Below are positions 26,300-40,010 of a stretch of DNA of 64,000 nucleotides, piece after piece. The number at the start of each line of letters is the position of its first letter. The first letter of the stretch is position 1. Both the position numbers and the translations under genes were made by a program. The DNA is from Octopus sinensis (Eukaryota): the NCBI RefSeq assembly GCF_006345805.1, contig NC_043023.1, forward strand, positions 1,860,001 through 1,924,000, written 5' to 3'. The notes below the pieces were generated by a model. That model did no database searches, had not been told where the DNA came from, and saw nothing but the letters and a program-made list of their open reading frames with translations.

Positions 26300-26620
26300 A
26301 AAACATACAAACTGGGACAAGAACGTGAAACATTTAGAAGACGACACCAAAAACACGGACGGGACATTTCGGCTGATTAATCTCGAGATCGCTCCGACCC
26401 GGCCAGCCCCAAAGGAAAATCTAAGCCAAGCGCATTAGATTCTTTGGAAGAAAGCTTCGAATGTATACAACACAAGGACGGAAACGGGACGACGTTACAC
26501 GAATAAAAATACAAAAATATGTAAAAACAATAATGGTAATAATAACAACAAAACCAGGACGTCAGGACAAGCGTCTTTCTGACAGGACGAGTTAAGTTTT
26601 GAGCTGGCTATGGAGGAGTG
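26300..26620. repeat. Unclassified interspersed repeat (also 45950-46330; related 41290-41800)
   Basis: Shared blocks, e.g. ggaaaatctaagccaagcgcattagattc. Confidence 0.7.
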
Positions 26621-27044
26621 CCTTAAGGCCACAGAGAGACAAACAAGCGTGTCTTGCCACAATGACTGCTGGATGCGAAAAGGCAGTAGTCGGTGGTTGG
26701 TCATGTGAGGACAAAAGAGAGGAGAAAGGGACAGATGAAGAGAGAAAGAAGGGGAACAAGGAACAAGGGAGGAGAAGAAAGAGAGGGAAAGAGACAGATC
26801 AAGTGGAATATATAGAAAGATAGATATAGATATAGATACAGATATTCATATAAATATTATTCACATGAATAATATATAGTCTATTGACTAATTTTTCTAC
26901 ATGCTAGGCCACAGGTAGTAAAAATTTCTGAAATCTTTATTACTCTGATATTATTAATTATAGATATATATAGATAGAGAGAGAGAGAGAGGAGAGAGAG
27001 GGGGGGAGAGAGAGAGAGAGACAGACAGACACTCTAACATAAAA

Positions 27045-27400
27045 TTTGCAGTCGAAAGAGTAGAGAGCAATAGAGAGGAAGATGTAAGCCTTTGAGAAGC
27101 AGATCTTTTGTAAATTATATAGGATAAACTGGAATGACAGAGTAACGCTTGCTGCAGTATTAGAAAAGCTGAAAATGCCAAAACACGTATTGCCAAGAAT
27201 CAAATTAAAAACCCTACCATATTTTGGGTACACAAGGCACAAGTACAAGAATATCCTGAAATGATGTGTTGTAGGAAGAGAATAAGAGGCCATCAAAGAC
27301 ATTTGTAGACCGAAAAACATCAGAGAATGGATAGAAACAAGAGCAAGGTTGATTGTATGCAAGCAGCCCAACACAAACAGAACTGATGAGTCTTGGTAAG
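27045..27400 (+). mobile_element. Decayed RTE-clade LINE ORF C-terminus
   Basis: INWNDRVTLAAVLEKLKMPKHVLPRIKLKTLPYFGYTRH...NIREW matches the RTE ISWxDRVTNxEVL...KLxYFGH...W motif. Confidence 0.6.
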
Positions 27401-27621
27401 CTGATCCTCAGACTGACGGAGGGCCACTTAGTTGATGGCTCAGATATATATATATATATACAATTTCAAAGTAAGGTGATTTTAATCACCTTACTTTGAG
27501 ATTGTATTGGTAATACTGTACTAAATTCTGGTGCCTCAACTTAAGTACCATATTCATCTGAATCTAAATTTTTGCTGAACTCATCTACTATACCCAATAT
27601 ATATATATATATATATATAGC

Positions 27622-27935
27622 ATCACATCATCATCATCATCATCATCATCGTTTAATGTCCACCTTCCATGCAGGCTTAGTTGGATGGTTTGACCCAGGA
27701 ACCAGACAGGTAGAAGACTATTCCAGGCTGCTGTGTCTGTTTAGGCAGGGTTTTTACAACAGGACGCCTTTCCTAACACCAACCACTCTGCAGAAGGGAC
27801 TGGCTGATTTTTACATGGCACCAGTACAGGCAAGGTCAGTTTTGGCATGGTTTTTACAGCTGGATTCACTTCCAAATGCAAACCTCTTTACAATGTGGAC
27901 TAGATGCTTTTCATGTGGTACCAGCACTGACAGGA
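27622..27935 (-). mobile_element. SINE family C
   Basis: Family match. Confidence 0.7.
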
Positions 27936-27957
27936 TCACCAAATTATTGGGTCTTTT

Positions 27958-28255
27958 CCCTTTGAATGGTAGATTGAGAAATTCATTTTCTGTAACTAAA
28001 CACTTTCAAACTTCGTATACTGGTAGAATGTGTCATATAAAACATCTTTTACTCTTAGCGTTTTTGAGAAAAGTTTCTATTTTCAAAGTTATTTCGTGTT
28101 AAATACAACTTTAACATGAAATAACTTTGTAAATATAAACTTCTCTCAAAAATGCTAAGAGTAAAAGATGTTTTATATGACACATTCTACCAGTATACGA
28201 AGTTTGAAAGTGTTTAGTTGCAAAAAATTATTTTCTAAATCTGCTGGTCAAAAGG
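27958..28255. mobile_element. 298-bp palindromic fold-back MITE
   Basis: Arms symmetric about the 6-nt loop tacaac (28104-28109); ends CCCTTTG / CAAAAGG. Confidence 0.75.
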
Positions 28256-28636
28256 TAAACATCTAATTAATTTGTAAAACAAGGAATTTTGAGAATTCTT
28301 GACTATACATATGTCACAATATATGGATTCAACTTCTTGTGTGATACTTATATCCAGGAATTATTTTTAACTTGGATTTTTTTAACTTGAACAGCTAGCA
28401 TAGCTACATTAATTTGAAGATGGTTTATATTAATGCAGGCTTGTAAGTAATTTTTCACTTATTATAAACTAAAATAAATTATCTATACATGTTTATTAAG
28501 CTATGGAACAATGGTAAAATAAATTTTTATCATAGTATATTTTGCACATTATCCATAATTTCATATATAAAAAAAATATTTTTATAATTATATTATGGGT
28601 AAGAATCAAAACAATTGTATGTAATTTGTATTTAAT

Positions 28637-29040
28637 ATTTACTCTTTTATTCTTTTACTTGTTTCAGTCATTTTGACAGCAGCCATGCTGGAGCACCACC
28701 TTTTAGTCGAGCAAATCAACCCCAGGACTTATTCTTTGTAAGCCTAGTAATTATTCTATCAGTCTTTCTTTGCCAAACCGCTAAGTTACAGGGATGTAAA
28801 CACACCAGCATTGGTTGTCAAACGATGTTGGGGGGGACAAACACAGACACACAAACACATATAAATACACATATACATATATACAATGGGCTTCTTTCAG
28901 TTTCCGTCTACCAAATCCACTCACAAGGCTTTGGTCAGCCCGAGGCTATAGTAGAAGACACTTGCCCAAGGTGCCATGTAGTGGGATTGAACCCGGAACC
29001 ATGTGGTTGGGAAGTAAACTTCTTAACCACGCAGCCATGT
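28637..29040 (-). mobile_element. SINE family A
   Basis: Family match. Confidence 0.85.
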
Positions 29041-29139
29041 CTGTGCTGGCTGAAGGGCATTTGGCTGTTTCTGACCTGTCTAGGACCTAAAAGCCGAAAT
29101 TGAAAGATAATGGGTGAGACTGTTGGCTTATCTTGATGG

Positions 29140-29790
29140 CAATAGTGAGGATAATGAGTTGTGGTGAGGGGTGTAGTGAAGAGGTTGATGATGGTGATGA
29201 AGAGGAGTGCAATGATGAGGATGACAGTGAAACCAACAAAGATGATGGTGGCAAAAATGATGCTGATGATGGTGATCGTTATGTCTTTGATAATGGAGAT
29301 GATAATCTTGATGATGATGATGACAATAAACAATGATGACAATGATGGTGGTGGTACTGATGATGATGATGATGGTGGTGATATTGATGATGATGGTGGT
29401 GGTGATATTCATGATGATGATGAAGGTGATGACAATGATGATGGAGATGGTGGTGATGATGGTGACGTCAATGATGATGTTGATGATGATAAGTTTGATG
29501 ATGACAATGAGGGAGATGATAATGAGGATGATGATGAGGAGGAGGAGGAAAATGATGATGACAACAAAAATGATGATGTTGCTGATGATGATGATGGAGA
29601 TGCTGGTGTAGATGGTTGTGATGACAATAACAGTGATTATCATCATCAATGACAATTGTGATGACGATGATGATGATGGTCATAGTGATGATGTTGATGA
29701 TGGTGATGGTGACGCTGATAACACACCTGTGGTGGAATCGATGGTGGTATCAGCATGATGATGATGATGATGATGACAAACGGCTCAATA
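29140..29790. repeat. Degenerate (GAT)n tract
   Basis: Source of D/M-rich ORFs. Confidence 0.85.
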
Positions 29791-30148
29791 ACAATAAAGA
29801 TGATGACGAGGGGGAGAAGTAGGAGGAGAGGAGAATGGCACTGATGACGATGGTGGAGGTGGTGGTGGTTGTGGTGACTGGAATGATAACGACTTTGAGG
29901 TGACTGAGTTCTCCGCTCTTGCCTGGTCCCTGTCTTCTGTCACATGACCGGGTCGGCTCCGATGTTGTTTGCGTGTTTACTGTTTAGCCTCAAGGTCAAA
30001 AGCATCATAACAAGTCTCACAGAGTAAACAACTCGATGGCAGAATGAGAGCAATATATATATACATATCCATATATACATATATAATATATTTATACATA
30101 CATATATATATATATATATATACATATATATATTACATATATATATAC

Positions 30149-30195
<47 letters not shown>

Positions 30196-30263
30196 CATAT
30201 ATATATATACATATATATACATATATATATATATATATACACCCACATATGTATATATATATG

Positions 30264-30317
<54 letters not shown>

Positions 30318-30321
<4 letters not shown>

Positions 30322-30512
30322 AATAATTAGTGTATGTGTGGGTTTGTATTGCATACATACACCCACTTAGACTCAGAGCTATATATATATATATCTCATA
30401 TATACATATATTTATATATATACACAACATACACGCATATATACATATTCATATATACGCATATATATACATATACCATATATACACACACATATGTATA
30501 TATATATGTATG

Positions 30513-30543
<31 letters not shown>

Positions 30544-30800
30544 TTATATATATATATATACAAATAATTAGTGTATGTGTGGGTTTGTATTGCATACATA
30601 CACCCACTTAGACTCAGAGCTATATATATATATATATCTCAATATATACATATATTATATATATACACACATACACGCATATATACATATTCATATATAC
30701 GCATATATATATACATATACACATATATATACACACACATATGTGTGTGTGTGTGTATGTATATGTATGATTATGAGAGTGTTTGTCTGTGTGTGTTATA
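30318..30800. repeat. 241-bp tandem duplication inside a TA microsatellite field
   Basis: caaataattagtgtatgtgtgggtttg...gactcagagc at 30320 and 30561. Confidence 0.85.
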
Positions 30801-30822
30801 TATATATATATACATATGTATG

Positions 30823-30856
<34 letters not shown>

Positions 30857-32039
30857 AGTGTTGGTTTGACTTTGGCCAAGATTAGATCAGAATAGATTTG
30901 ATTTGATCCGCACCACGACCACCACTACAGATGTCTCCTAACCTCTCCAGCCCCTCACGTAATTACTATATCTATTATCATAGAATAAGAGATAGGGTGG
31001 GTGGGGGATATGATAACGTGGGATTGGCTATGGTGGTGGTGGTGGTGGGGCTAGCACTGGTGGCGGTAGTGGTTGTGTTGGTGGTAGTAGTGATAGTTGT
31101 GTTGGTGGCTGTGTTGTGATAGTGTTGGTGGTAGTGGTGATGGTTGTGTTGGTGCTAGTGATGTCAGTTGTGTGGTGGTAGTGGTTGTATTGGTCGTGGT
31201 TGTGTCAACAGTACTGATGGTAGTTGTGTTAGTGGTAGAGGTAGTAGTTGTGTTGGTGGTAGAGTAGGTAGTTTTTGAGTTAGCTGATGTGTTGGTGGCA
31301 GTAGTATGTTGGTTGTGTTGATGATGGTGATTGTAGTAGTGGTAGTTGTAGAAGTGGTGGTGTCAGCACTTGTCATGGTAGTTTTGTTGTTGTAGGGGTT
31401 GTTGTATAGTGATAGTGGTTCTGTTGCTTGTGGTGGTAGTTGTTGTGTTGGTTGTAGTGATTGTAGTATAGGTGGTAGTTGTGTTGGTTGTAGAAGCAAT
31501 GGCAATGGCTGTATTGGATGTAGTCGTGGTGGTGTAGGTGGTAGTTGTGTTGATAGTTGTATTACTAACTCTAAATACTAACACACCAACTACCACTACC
31601 ACCACCACAGCTACCACCATCACCATCAACACTACCACTATTACCACAACCATCACCACCATCACCATCAACACCACTGCCACAAATCCCACCACTATCA
31701 CCACTACAGCCACCACCTACACCACCATCACCAGCACAAACACCACAACCACCACCATCACTATTGCCACTACTCCCACCACTACTATCACCGTCACTAC
31801 CACTGTCATTATCATCACCACTACCATAACCACCACTGCAACCACCATCGTCACCAATGCAATGATGACCACCACCACTCAGCCACACCACAACCACTGA
31901 ACAATACCACTACCACCACCACCACCACCACAACCGCCACCATTACCACTCACATCTAATTTGTCTGTGTAGTCCCTATGCTAGAAATAGCAGCCAAACT
32001 GCCCTCAAATCACAAAGCAAATGCTTTTACAAAAAGACA

Positions 32040-33980
32040 CATTGGGTAATGTACTCCTAGATCCATTATATATAGAGAAGATGTGATGGTCACAACTGGA
32101 ACGTCTTTGAGCATAGGTCTGCTGCATCAGACCCAGGGTTAAACAAGAACCACCACTGTAGCCACTAATGCTAACTACTATACTATACATTAGATAATGT
32201 AGTCCTAGATACACTATGACTGAATAAAAGATGGGATGGTCACAGTTGGAATGTCTTTGATCATAGGTTTGTCTCCTGGATCAGGACTGACTCAGGGTTA
32301 AACAACAATAGTTATAGCCACTAATACTAAGTACTATACTATACATTAGATAATGTAGTCCTAGATACACTATACCTGAATAAAAGACTGGATGGTCACA
32401 GATGGAATATGTTTGATCATAGGTTTGTCTCCTGGATCAGGACTGACTCAGGGTTAAACAACAATAGTTATAGCCACTAATACTAAGTACTATACTATAC
32501 ATTAGATAATGTAGTCCTAGATACACTATACCTGAATAAAAGACTGGATGGTCACAGATGGAATATGTTTGATCATAGGTTTGTCTCCTGGATCAGGACT
32601 GACTCAGGGTTAAACAACAATAGTTATAGCCACTAATACTAAGTACTATACTATACATTAGATAATGTAGTCCTAGATACACTATACCTGAATAAAAGAC
32701 TGGATGGTCACAGATGGAATATGTTTGATCATAGGCAGGCTTGCTGGATCAGGACTGACCTGGGGCTAAACAATAACTTTAACCACTTAAGCTAACTGCT
32801 ATATTGTACATCAGATAATGTAGTCCTAGATACACTATGCCTGAATAAAAGATGGAATGGTCACAGCTGGAACATCTTTGATCATAGATCTGTTGGATCA
32901 GGACTGACCTGGGGTTAAATAATAACAACAACAACAACCACTAATACTAACAATTATACTGCACATTAGCTAATATACTCCTAGATATATGATGTCTGAA
33001 TAACAGATGTGCTGGTCACAACTGGAACATCTTTGATCGGAGGTCTGCTGGATCAGGATTGACCCAGGGCTAAACAAGAACATCAAGTATACTCTTTTAC
33101 TCTTACTTGTTTCAGTCATGTGACTGTGGCCATTCTGGAGCACCGCCTTTAGTTGAGCAAAGCGACCCCAGGACTTATTCTTTGTAAGCCTAGTACTTAT
33201 TCTATCGGTATCTTATGGGGGCGTAAACACACCAGCATTGGTTGTCAAGCAGTGTTCAGGGGGAGAGGACAAACACTGACACACAAACATATACACACAC
33301 ATATATATTTCAAAATGTGACTCGTGTGTACCATTGGCGATTTTTTTCCTCTGTCTTCCCTTCTCTGGATCTTTCCTTCTCCTATGTTTCCGACAAAGAG
33401 CTCCACTCAAAACGTTAAACCCTCCTTCTTTCCTGAGCGTCCAATAATACTATATTTGTTCCACTTCCTCGCGTTGTTGTGTTTTCTCTTTGTGTTTTCA
33501 TGTTTGGATTAACTATTAATGTATATATATTATATATATATATATATACGTCAGGCTTCTTTCAGTTTCCATCTACCAAATCCACTCACAAGGCTTTGGT
33601 CAACCCAAGGCTATAGTAGAAGACACTTGCCCAAGGTGCCACGCAGTGGGACTGAACCTGGAACCATGTGGTTCATAAGCAAGCTACACTAATACCAACA
33701 ACTATACTATACATTAGATAATGTAGTCCTAGATACATTATGTTTTAATAGATGGGATGGTCACAGCTGGAACATCTTTGATCATACCAGTGTTGGACTA
33801 AGAAAGACCTGGGGCTAAACAACAACAACTATAATCACTAATACTAACTGCTATACTATACATTAGCTAATGTAGTCCTAGATACACTATGCTGAATAAA
33901 AGATGGGATGGTCACAGCTGGAACATCTTTGGTCATAAATCTACTGGATCAAGACTGAGAGGGAACTAAACAACAAAGTA
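32040..33980. repeat. ~155-bp satellite, ~9 units, interrupted at 33088-33690
   Basis: cctagat at 32056, 32204, 32360, 32516, 32672, 32825, 32980, 33728, 33877. Confidence 0.92.
33088..33690 (-). mobile_element. SINE family A containing a P1 element (33311-33520)
   Basis: SINE tail, P1 insert with decayed HHR motif at 33390, then SINE head. Confidence 0.8.
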
Positions 33981-34089
33981 AAAACACTGCAACTCCCCTC
34001 CACCACTGCCACACCCAGCCCCACCAACAACAACAACCACATCACCACCATTTTGAGTTCTGCCCTACCACCCCACCACTGCTACCATT

Positions 34090-34142
34090 GAAAGCCTATT
34101 ATTGGCTAGTAGTATTTAATCATTTACACAAGATATACATAC

Positions 34143-34223
<81 letters not shown>

Positions 34224-34237
34224 TGTATGTATGTATG

Positions 34238-34272
<35 letters not shown>

Positions 34273-34361
34273 GTACATAGACACACACATGAACTAACTA
34301 CATATTATGTACCTGAGTGACATTATCCCTATCTCTCAGCTATTGTATACATACCTATTTA

Positions 34362-34398
<37 letters not shown>

Positions 34399-34467
34399 TA
34401 TATATATACACATCACTAGGTTTAAAACACACATACTTTCTTCTCACACATACATACATTTTCAATC

Positions 34468-34498
<31 letters not shown>

Positions 34499-34740
34499 GT
34501 ATACACACATATACAAATATATATACATATATATATATATATATACAAATATATACATATATATAAATGTGCACATGTATATATATATACACGCACACAT
34601 ATACAAGTATACATAAACACATATATATATATATAGACACACATATATATGTAAACATACATATATATGTATGTATACGTATATATATCAATATATCTAT
34701 CTATATATATATATATACATATATACATACATATATATAC
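34090..34740. repeat. TA/TATG microsatellite field
   Basis: Direct reading. Confidence 0.9.
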
Positions 34741-35233
34741 ACACCAAGAAGAAAGGAGACAAAAACATGACCATAACATTAATTGTCCAGTGAAGAGCAA
34801 AAATGTGGTCAGATATAATCATCTTTTTTATTTTGTACTTAGGCACACCACCTCGCCTATATATACCTATATGCATCACACACACATATATATAATCCCT
34901 TTTTATATGTCTACACATATAATTAAGTGATCTGATATATTATTGTAAAGAAATAAATCTACGTTAATACACGATACATGATGTTACATTTCTCGGATAA
35001 ACATAGTTGGCAGCACTAATTACCTAATTATCTTCCAGCGATTGCAGTGTTGTAGATAATTGACTGGATGTCAGAAAATTACTGGTACATTATTTATAAA
35101 GTGTGTAAATAATGTATCAGTATTAATGACACACACATATATGTTTCTGGTTGTATATATGTGTGTGTATATGTGTGCTTACATATACACATTTATGAAT
35201 ATACATTCATATACGTGTGTGTGTGTATATATA

Positions 35234-35266
<33 letters not shown>

Positions 35267-35572
35267 CATACATACTTACATATATATATATATATAATAT
35301 ATATATATATATACATACATACTTACATATATATATATATATATATATTTATGTGTGTGTATGTATGTAGATGCTGGCATGGCTGTGGTAGAAGTTTGGT
35401 TCCCAACCTTGTGGTTCTGAGTTCAGTCTCACTAGTAGTAACTTAGCTATACACTCAGCAGACCCTAGCCTTATGAATAGATTTGGCAGATGAAAACTAA
35501 AAGAAGCCCATCGTATATATTCATATATACATATATATGTAAATTATACATATATATATATATATATATATA

Positions 35573-35976
35573 GGCACAGGAGTGGCTGTGTGGTAAGTAG
35601 TTTGCTTACCAGCCACATGGTTCAGGGTTCATTCCAACTCTGTGGCACCTTGGGCAAGTGTCTTCTACTATAGCCTCGGGCCAACCAAAACCTTTTGAGT
35701 GTGTTTGGTAGACGGAAACTGAAAGAAGCCTGTCGCATATATGTATATATATATATGTATGTGTGTGTATATGTTTGTGTGTCTGTGTTTGTCCCCCCAA
35801 CATTGCTTGACAACTGATGCTGGTGTGTATAAGTCCCCATAACTTAGGAGTTTGGCAAAAAAGACCGATAGAATAAGTACAGGGCTTACAATGAATAAGT
35901 CCTGGGGTCGATTTGCTTGAATATAAGCGGTGCTCCAGCATGGCCACAGTCAAATGACTGAAACAAATAAAAGAGC
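35573..35976 (+). mobile_element. SINE family A, full length
   Basis: Family match. Confidence 0.88.
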
Positions 35977-36304
35977 TATGTATACACACACACATATATC
36001 AGGTTGTAATGGAAGTTCTGTTTGTATTCTTCTGAAGGATGATTACAAGATATGATTACAGCAATCCATCTTCTTAATGATATTCGTAGCTCTCTAAATC
36101 AGTAAGATATTTTTCCTTCCTTCAAGTGACCCAGATGTAGCCTTCAAGTAAAGAGCCCACATGGCATGTTTTACTGTTGGAATTCTAGATGTGTAATACA
36201 GCAAGGTGAACAGCAAGATCATTCAAACACACTTATGGAAATGATGAGGTGAATGAAAGGAGATGCAGAAGATGGTTTCCATGTTTCTAGAAGATGACTA
36301 CATC

Positions 36305-36714
36305 TTAGTAAGGCTGTAGTATGGCCAGTTTATGAAATAAAGAAATCAGAATTGAAATTGAACCAATCCTATGACTGGCACCCGGCAGTTGCCAGTGCCA
36401 CTGGACTGACTCCTGTGCAGGTGGCAAGTAAAGAAACACCATTTCGACCCTGTGCTTGAGGAGACCTATTGAGTCAAGTACACCAACATCAAAAATCAAT
36501 GGAAATCGTAGTTGTGATCCCTGTGCTGGTGGCACGTAAAAAGCACCCACTACACTCACGGAGTGGTTGGCGTTAGGAAGGGCATCCAGCTGTAGAAACA
36601 CTGCCAGATCAAGATTGGAGCCTGGTGCAGCCATCTGGCTTCCCAGACCCCGGTCGAAGCGTCCAACCCATGCTAGCATGGAAAGCAGATGTTAAACGAT
36701 GATAATGATGATGA
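36305..36714 (+). mobile_element. SINE family C
   Basis: Family match. Confidence 0.8.
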
Positions 36715-37185
36715 AAGAAGATGACTTCAGTCTAAAAGATGAAACAAGAGAAGGACATCCCAAGGAATTGATTCTGAGAGTTGGAAGCTACTGTTGATGA
36801 AAACCCAACCATTTACAACTAGGGAACTGAGCAAGGAGTTTAATGTGAGCTATGTGCTTGTGTATTGTGAAATAATAAGGCTTGGTAGTAAAGTCTCCTT
36901 GACTGGAAAATGGGTCCCACATAATCTGTCAGAAAACAAGCGCAAACTGTGAATTTCTGTGTCTCATTGCATTCTCATGAAGTTGAAACCCTTATTTTTT
37001 AAAGATAGAATCATTCCTGGAGATGAGAAGTGGATTCTCTACAGGAATGTTAAGTGCAAAAGACCACAGCTCAGCTGTAATTCAAGACTTATCCAACAGC
37101 CTCAAAGTAGTCTGCATCCAAAGAAGATTCTTTTGAGACTATGGTAGGACATGAAGGAAATTGTTTATTATGAGCTGTCAGGTAA
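36715..37185 (+). mobile_element. Mariner transposase remnant
   Basis: Motifs KWVPHNLSEN, DRIIPGDEKWILY, LHPKKILL..W*D, VYYEL; stops and frameshifts. Confidence 0.85.
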
Positions 37186-37194
37186 CATTCAAGC

Positions 37195-39545
37195 AACTCT
37201 AGTACTATCCATATTGGAAGACACAGCATATTAGGAAAAGGTCTAACACTACAGTCAGCAGAAAATAATGAGAAACCTAATAACTATGTTAAACTTATAC
37301 AGAGAAGGGCTCACTGACAAGGAATTCGACTATATGACTAACTCCAAAAGTAAATCCAGTCAATTTTATGGTATTCCCAAGATACACAAAAGTGAGAAAA
37401 TAAGTAACACATGCAGGATAGTCACAGACAAAATAATCAAGGGCCCTACTCCTAATGACCCCAAATTAAGACCTATAATAGCAGGCATGCATGTGAAACC
37501 CACCACCTTAGTAACTTTTTAGATACTCTCTTAAAACCATTCCTCAAGCATATCAAAAGCTATATAAGGGACGACCTGGATATGCTCAATCACCTCCCAA
37601 AACAATAAACAAAAACCCCTACTAATACCCTTCGATTTAGTCAACATCTATTCCAATATCCCCCACATCCTAGGAATAGAGGTAATTCAATTCTGGCTAG
37701 AGAATTATGCCAATGAACTCCCACATTGCAGCAAAAAAGAATTCGTAATAGAAGGGATAAAATTTAACTTCTTTGTTTTCAAAGACAACTTCTATTGACA
37801 AAAATCGGGGACTGCAATGGGTACGAGAATGGCCCCCTCCTTTGCTAACCTAGTCAATGGATATCTAGAAACCAGTCTTTATCATAAGGTATTAGAAAAA
37901 TATGGCAACTCATTCTCCCTCTACATAGAAGATAACTGGAAGAGGTATCTGGATGACTGTTTCATTCTTTGGCACGAAAGTATATAGAGATTTAAAGAAT
38001 TTCAAGCTATGATAAATGAACTTGACATAAGCATTCAATGTGCGATGGAATATAGCCATCAACAACTTCCATTCCTTGACATCCTCATTAAGAAATCAAC
38101 AACAAAATGGAAACAGATATATACTATAAGCCCACAGACTCCAAGCAATATCTACCATTCAACTCATGCCACCCAAAACACACTAGAATGAATATCCCCT
38201 TCAACCTGGCAAAAAGGATATGTACTATAGTTTTTAATGCAACACAGGGATACACGACTACATGAACTAAAGGATACACTCATCACCAGGAACTACCCAC
38301 TTTCACTAAATGATATAGGCTTGCAACGTGCCCTACAACTTAACATCCACAAACTCAGACATCCCAAACTAAAGAAGGATTTACAACCAAAAGCCTTACC
38401 ATACATCTCCACACACAACCCCCTTAACAATGAAGCTGTCGACACTATCCTCCAGAACATTCCCTTACTAAAAAGGGACGACTGAATAAATTTAATCCTC
38501 CAAATGCAATGCACAGCATCATAAAGAGCAAAAGACAACCCAAATCTATGAAAAGTTTCCTAACACAAGCCCAAATACACTCGACAACAACACTGAAGCC
38601 ATCAGTAAAAAAATGTGGAAGACCTAACTGTAGTATATGCATCAACCTCATTGAAGGATCAGAGTTCTCCTTCAAACAGGGTCAGCATTTTACAGTGAAA
38701 AACAACTTCACATGTGCTTTGGAGAACCTAATATATGTATTAACTTGCTCAGGGTGCCGAGAGCGATACATAGGCCAAACCAAAATCAGTCTATGTCAAA
38801 GGATGACCTTACATAGATCCCAGATCAAAATTCAGGAATACAGAAAAATAGCATTCAGCAAACACATCGACATTTGCACCATTAACGAACAACCCAACTT
38901 CAGAATTTTTCCCGCTATAAATTCAAGGACGATGCAACCTATAATCAGCACATTTGCCAAGAGTCATAATTTATCACAAAATATAAACCCCTTTTGAATG
39001 CATCCACCACAATTACACTATTGCAAGGTCCTTAGAATAATATCCATGCAAATATTAAAACCGATATATTCAGAACAGTCACTGCCCATGAATTTGTTCA
39101 GAACAATTCCCAATCTCTACTATTACAACCACAACGGGTCACTTGCCCATTTAAGAGGTTCCACCAACATCCTACTACTGTCAAACCACTGCCATATATT
39201 TCTTATTCTTTCTCTTCTTTTCCTACTCCCACTTCTTCTTTGCCACCTCTTTCCTCAGTTACTGCTGATTAAACAATCAAAACTAAGAACTCACACCCGT
39301 CATATCAAATATTCTTTTAGATCTCCTACTACCTACTATCAAGCCTTCACAAGAGTAAAAGAGAGAGAGAGAGAGAGGCAGAAAAAAGGAAATGTCCCTT
39401 ATTTTTGAAAACTATGAAAATTTTTAAAAAGCATTTCATTTAATTTTTCCACAATTTAACTGTTTTCCAAGTTGAAAAAGTCACAAAGACTGAAACCGGT
39501 ACTAAAATGTTCTTCATGATAAAATTATTTTAGCATTTTCTACCT
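37195..39545 (+). mobile_element. Decayed 5'-truncated Penelope-like retroelement (RT + GIY-YIG endonuclease)
   Basis: FYGIPKIHK, RPII, FDLVNIYSNIPH, GTAMGTRMAPSFANL, WKRYLDDCFILW, LPFLDILI, CGRPNCSIC, NLIYVLTCSGCRERYIGQT...RMTLHR; frameshifted. Confidence 0.92.
39466..39508 (+). ncRNA. Degenerate hammerhead motif at the Penelope 3' end
   Basis: TTGAAAA (2 changes from CTGAAGA)-AGTC-acaaa-GACT-GAAA-C-CG-G-TA. Confidence 0.45.
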
Positions 39546-39972
39546 TGTCTTATTTTCCTTTTATATAAATACTAGCAGTTAAGCCCAGTTTCACCCAGTC
39601 TGTTTGGATGATGTGGCTGTGATCGTTTTCGGTTAGGCATAATCTATAACAGCGTTTCTCAACCTTATCATTTCGGGTCCCCTGTTTCGATTGGAGCCTC
39701 CAGCTGTATGAACATTTCCTGACCCCTACCCCATCAGAAAACAGCTTCTAAGCAACTGGTTGTTTCAATGGCGGAAGAAAGAGGGGAATTCCATTAGAAA
39801 AAGTTTTAATCGATTTTTTCGGTAAGTATGGGGGTTAGGAAAAAAAATACAAACTGCATTCCAATCTGTGCACCTGTCTCCACACGTGTGCCATTTTTTA
39901 CACAAATCCACCCAGCAGTTTGGCTGTGAACCTCAAGACAAGAAAGAATACAACGATCACCCATGTCCAATT

Positions 39973-40010
<38 letters not shown>

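Noticed and set aside
28395-28442. Possible 48-nt exon with ATG (MVYINAG) between aacag| and |gtaagt
   Set aside because: Splice-like signals only; expected by chance in 64 kb of AT-rich DNA
29128-29683. Asp-rich and Ile/Met-rich ORFs resembling acidic matrix proteins
   Set aside because: Degenerate (GAT)n microsatellite with no splice or domain support
30318-30800. 241-bp duplication as a biological element
   Set aside because: Embedded in TA repeats; equally likely slippage or mis-assembly
30995-31945. Adjacent (GGT/GTT)n and (CAC/CAA)n tracts as an inverted duplication
   Set aside because: Complementary in composition only; no unit-for-unit match seen
32040-33080. CRISPR-like appearance of regular repeats (also 52140-52600)
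   Set aside because: No unique spacers and no cas genes; eukaryotic head-to-tail satellites
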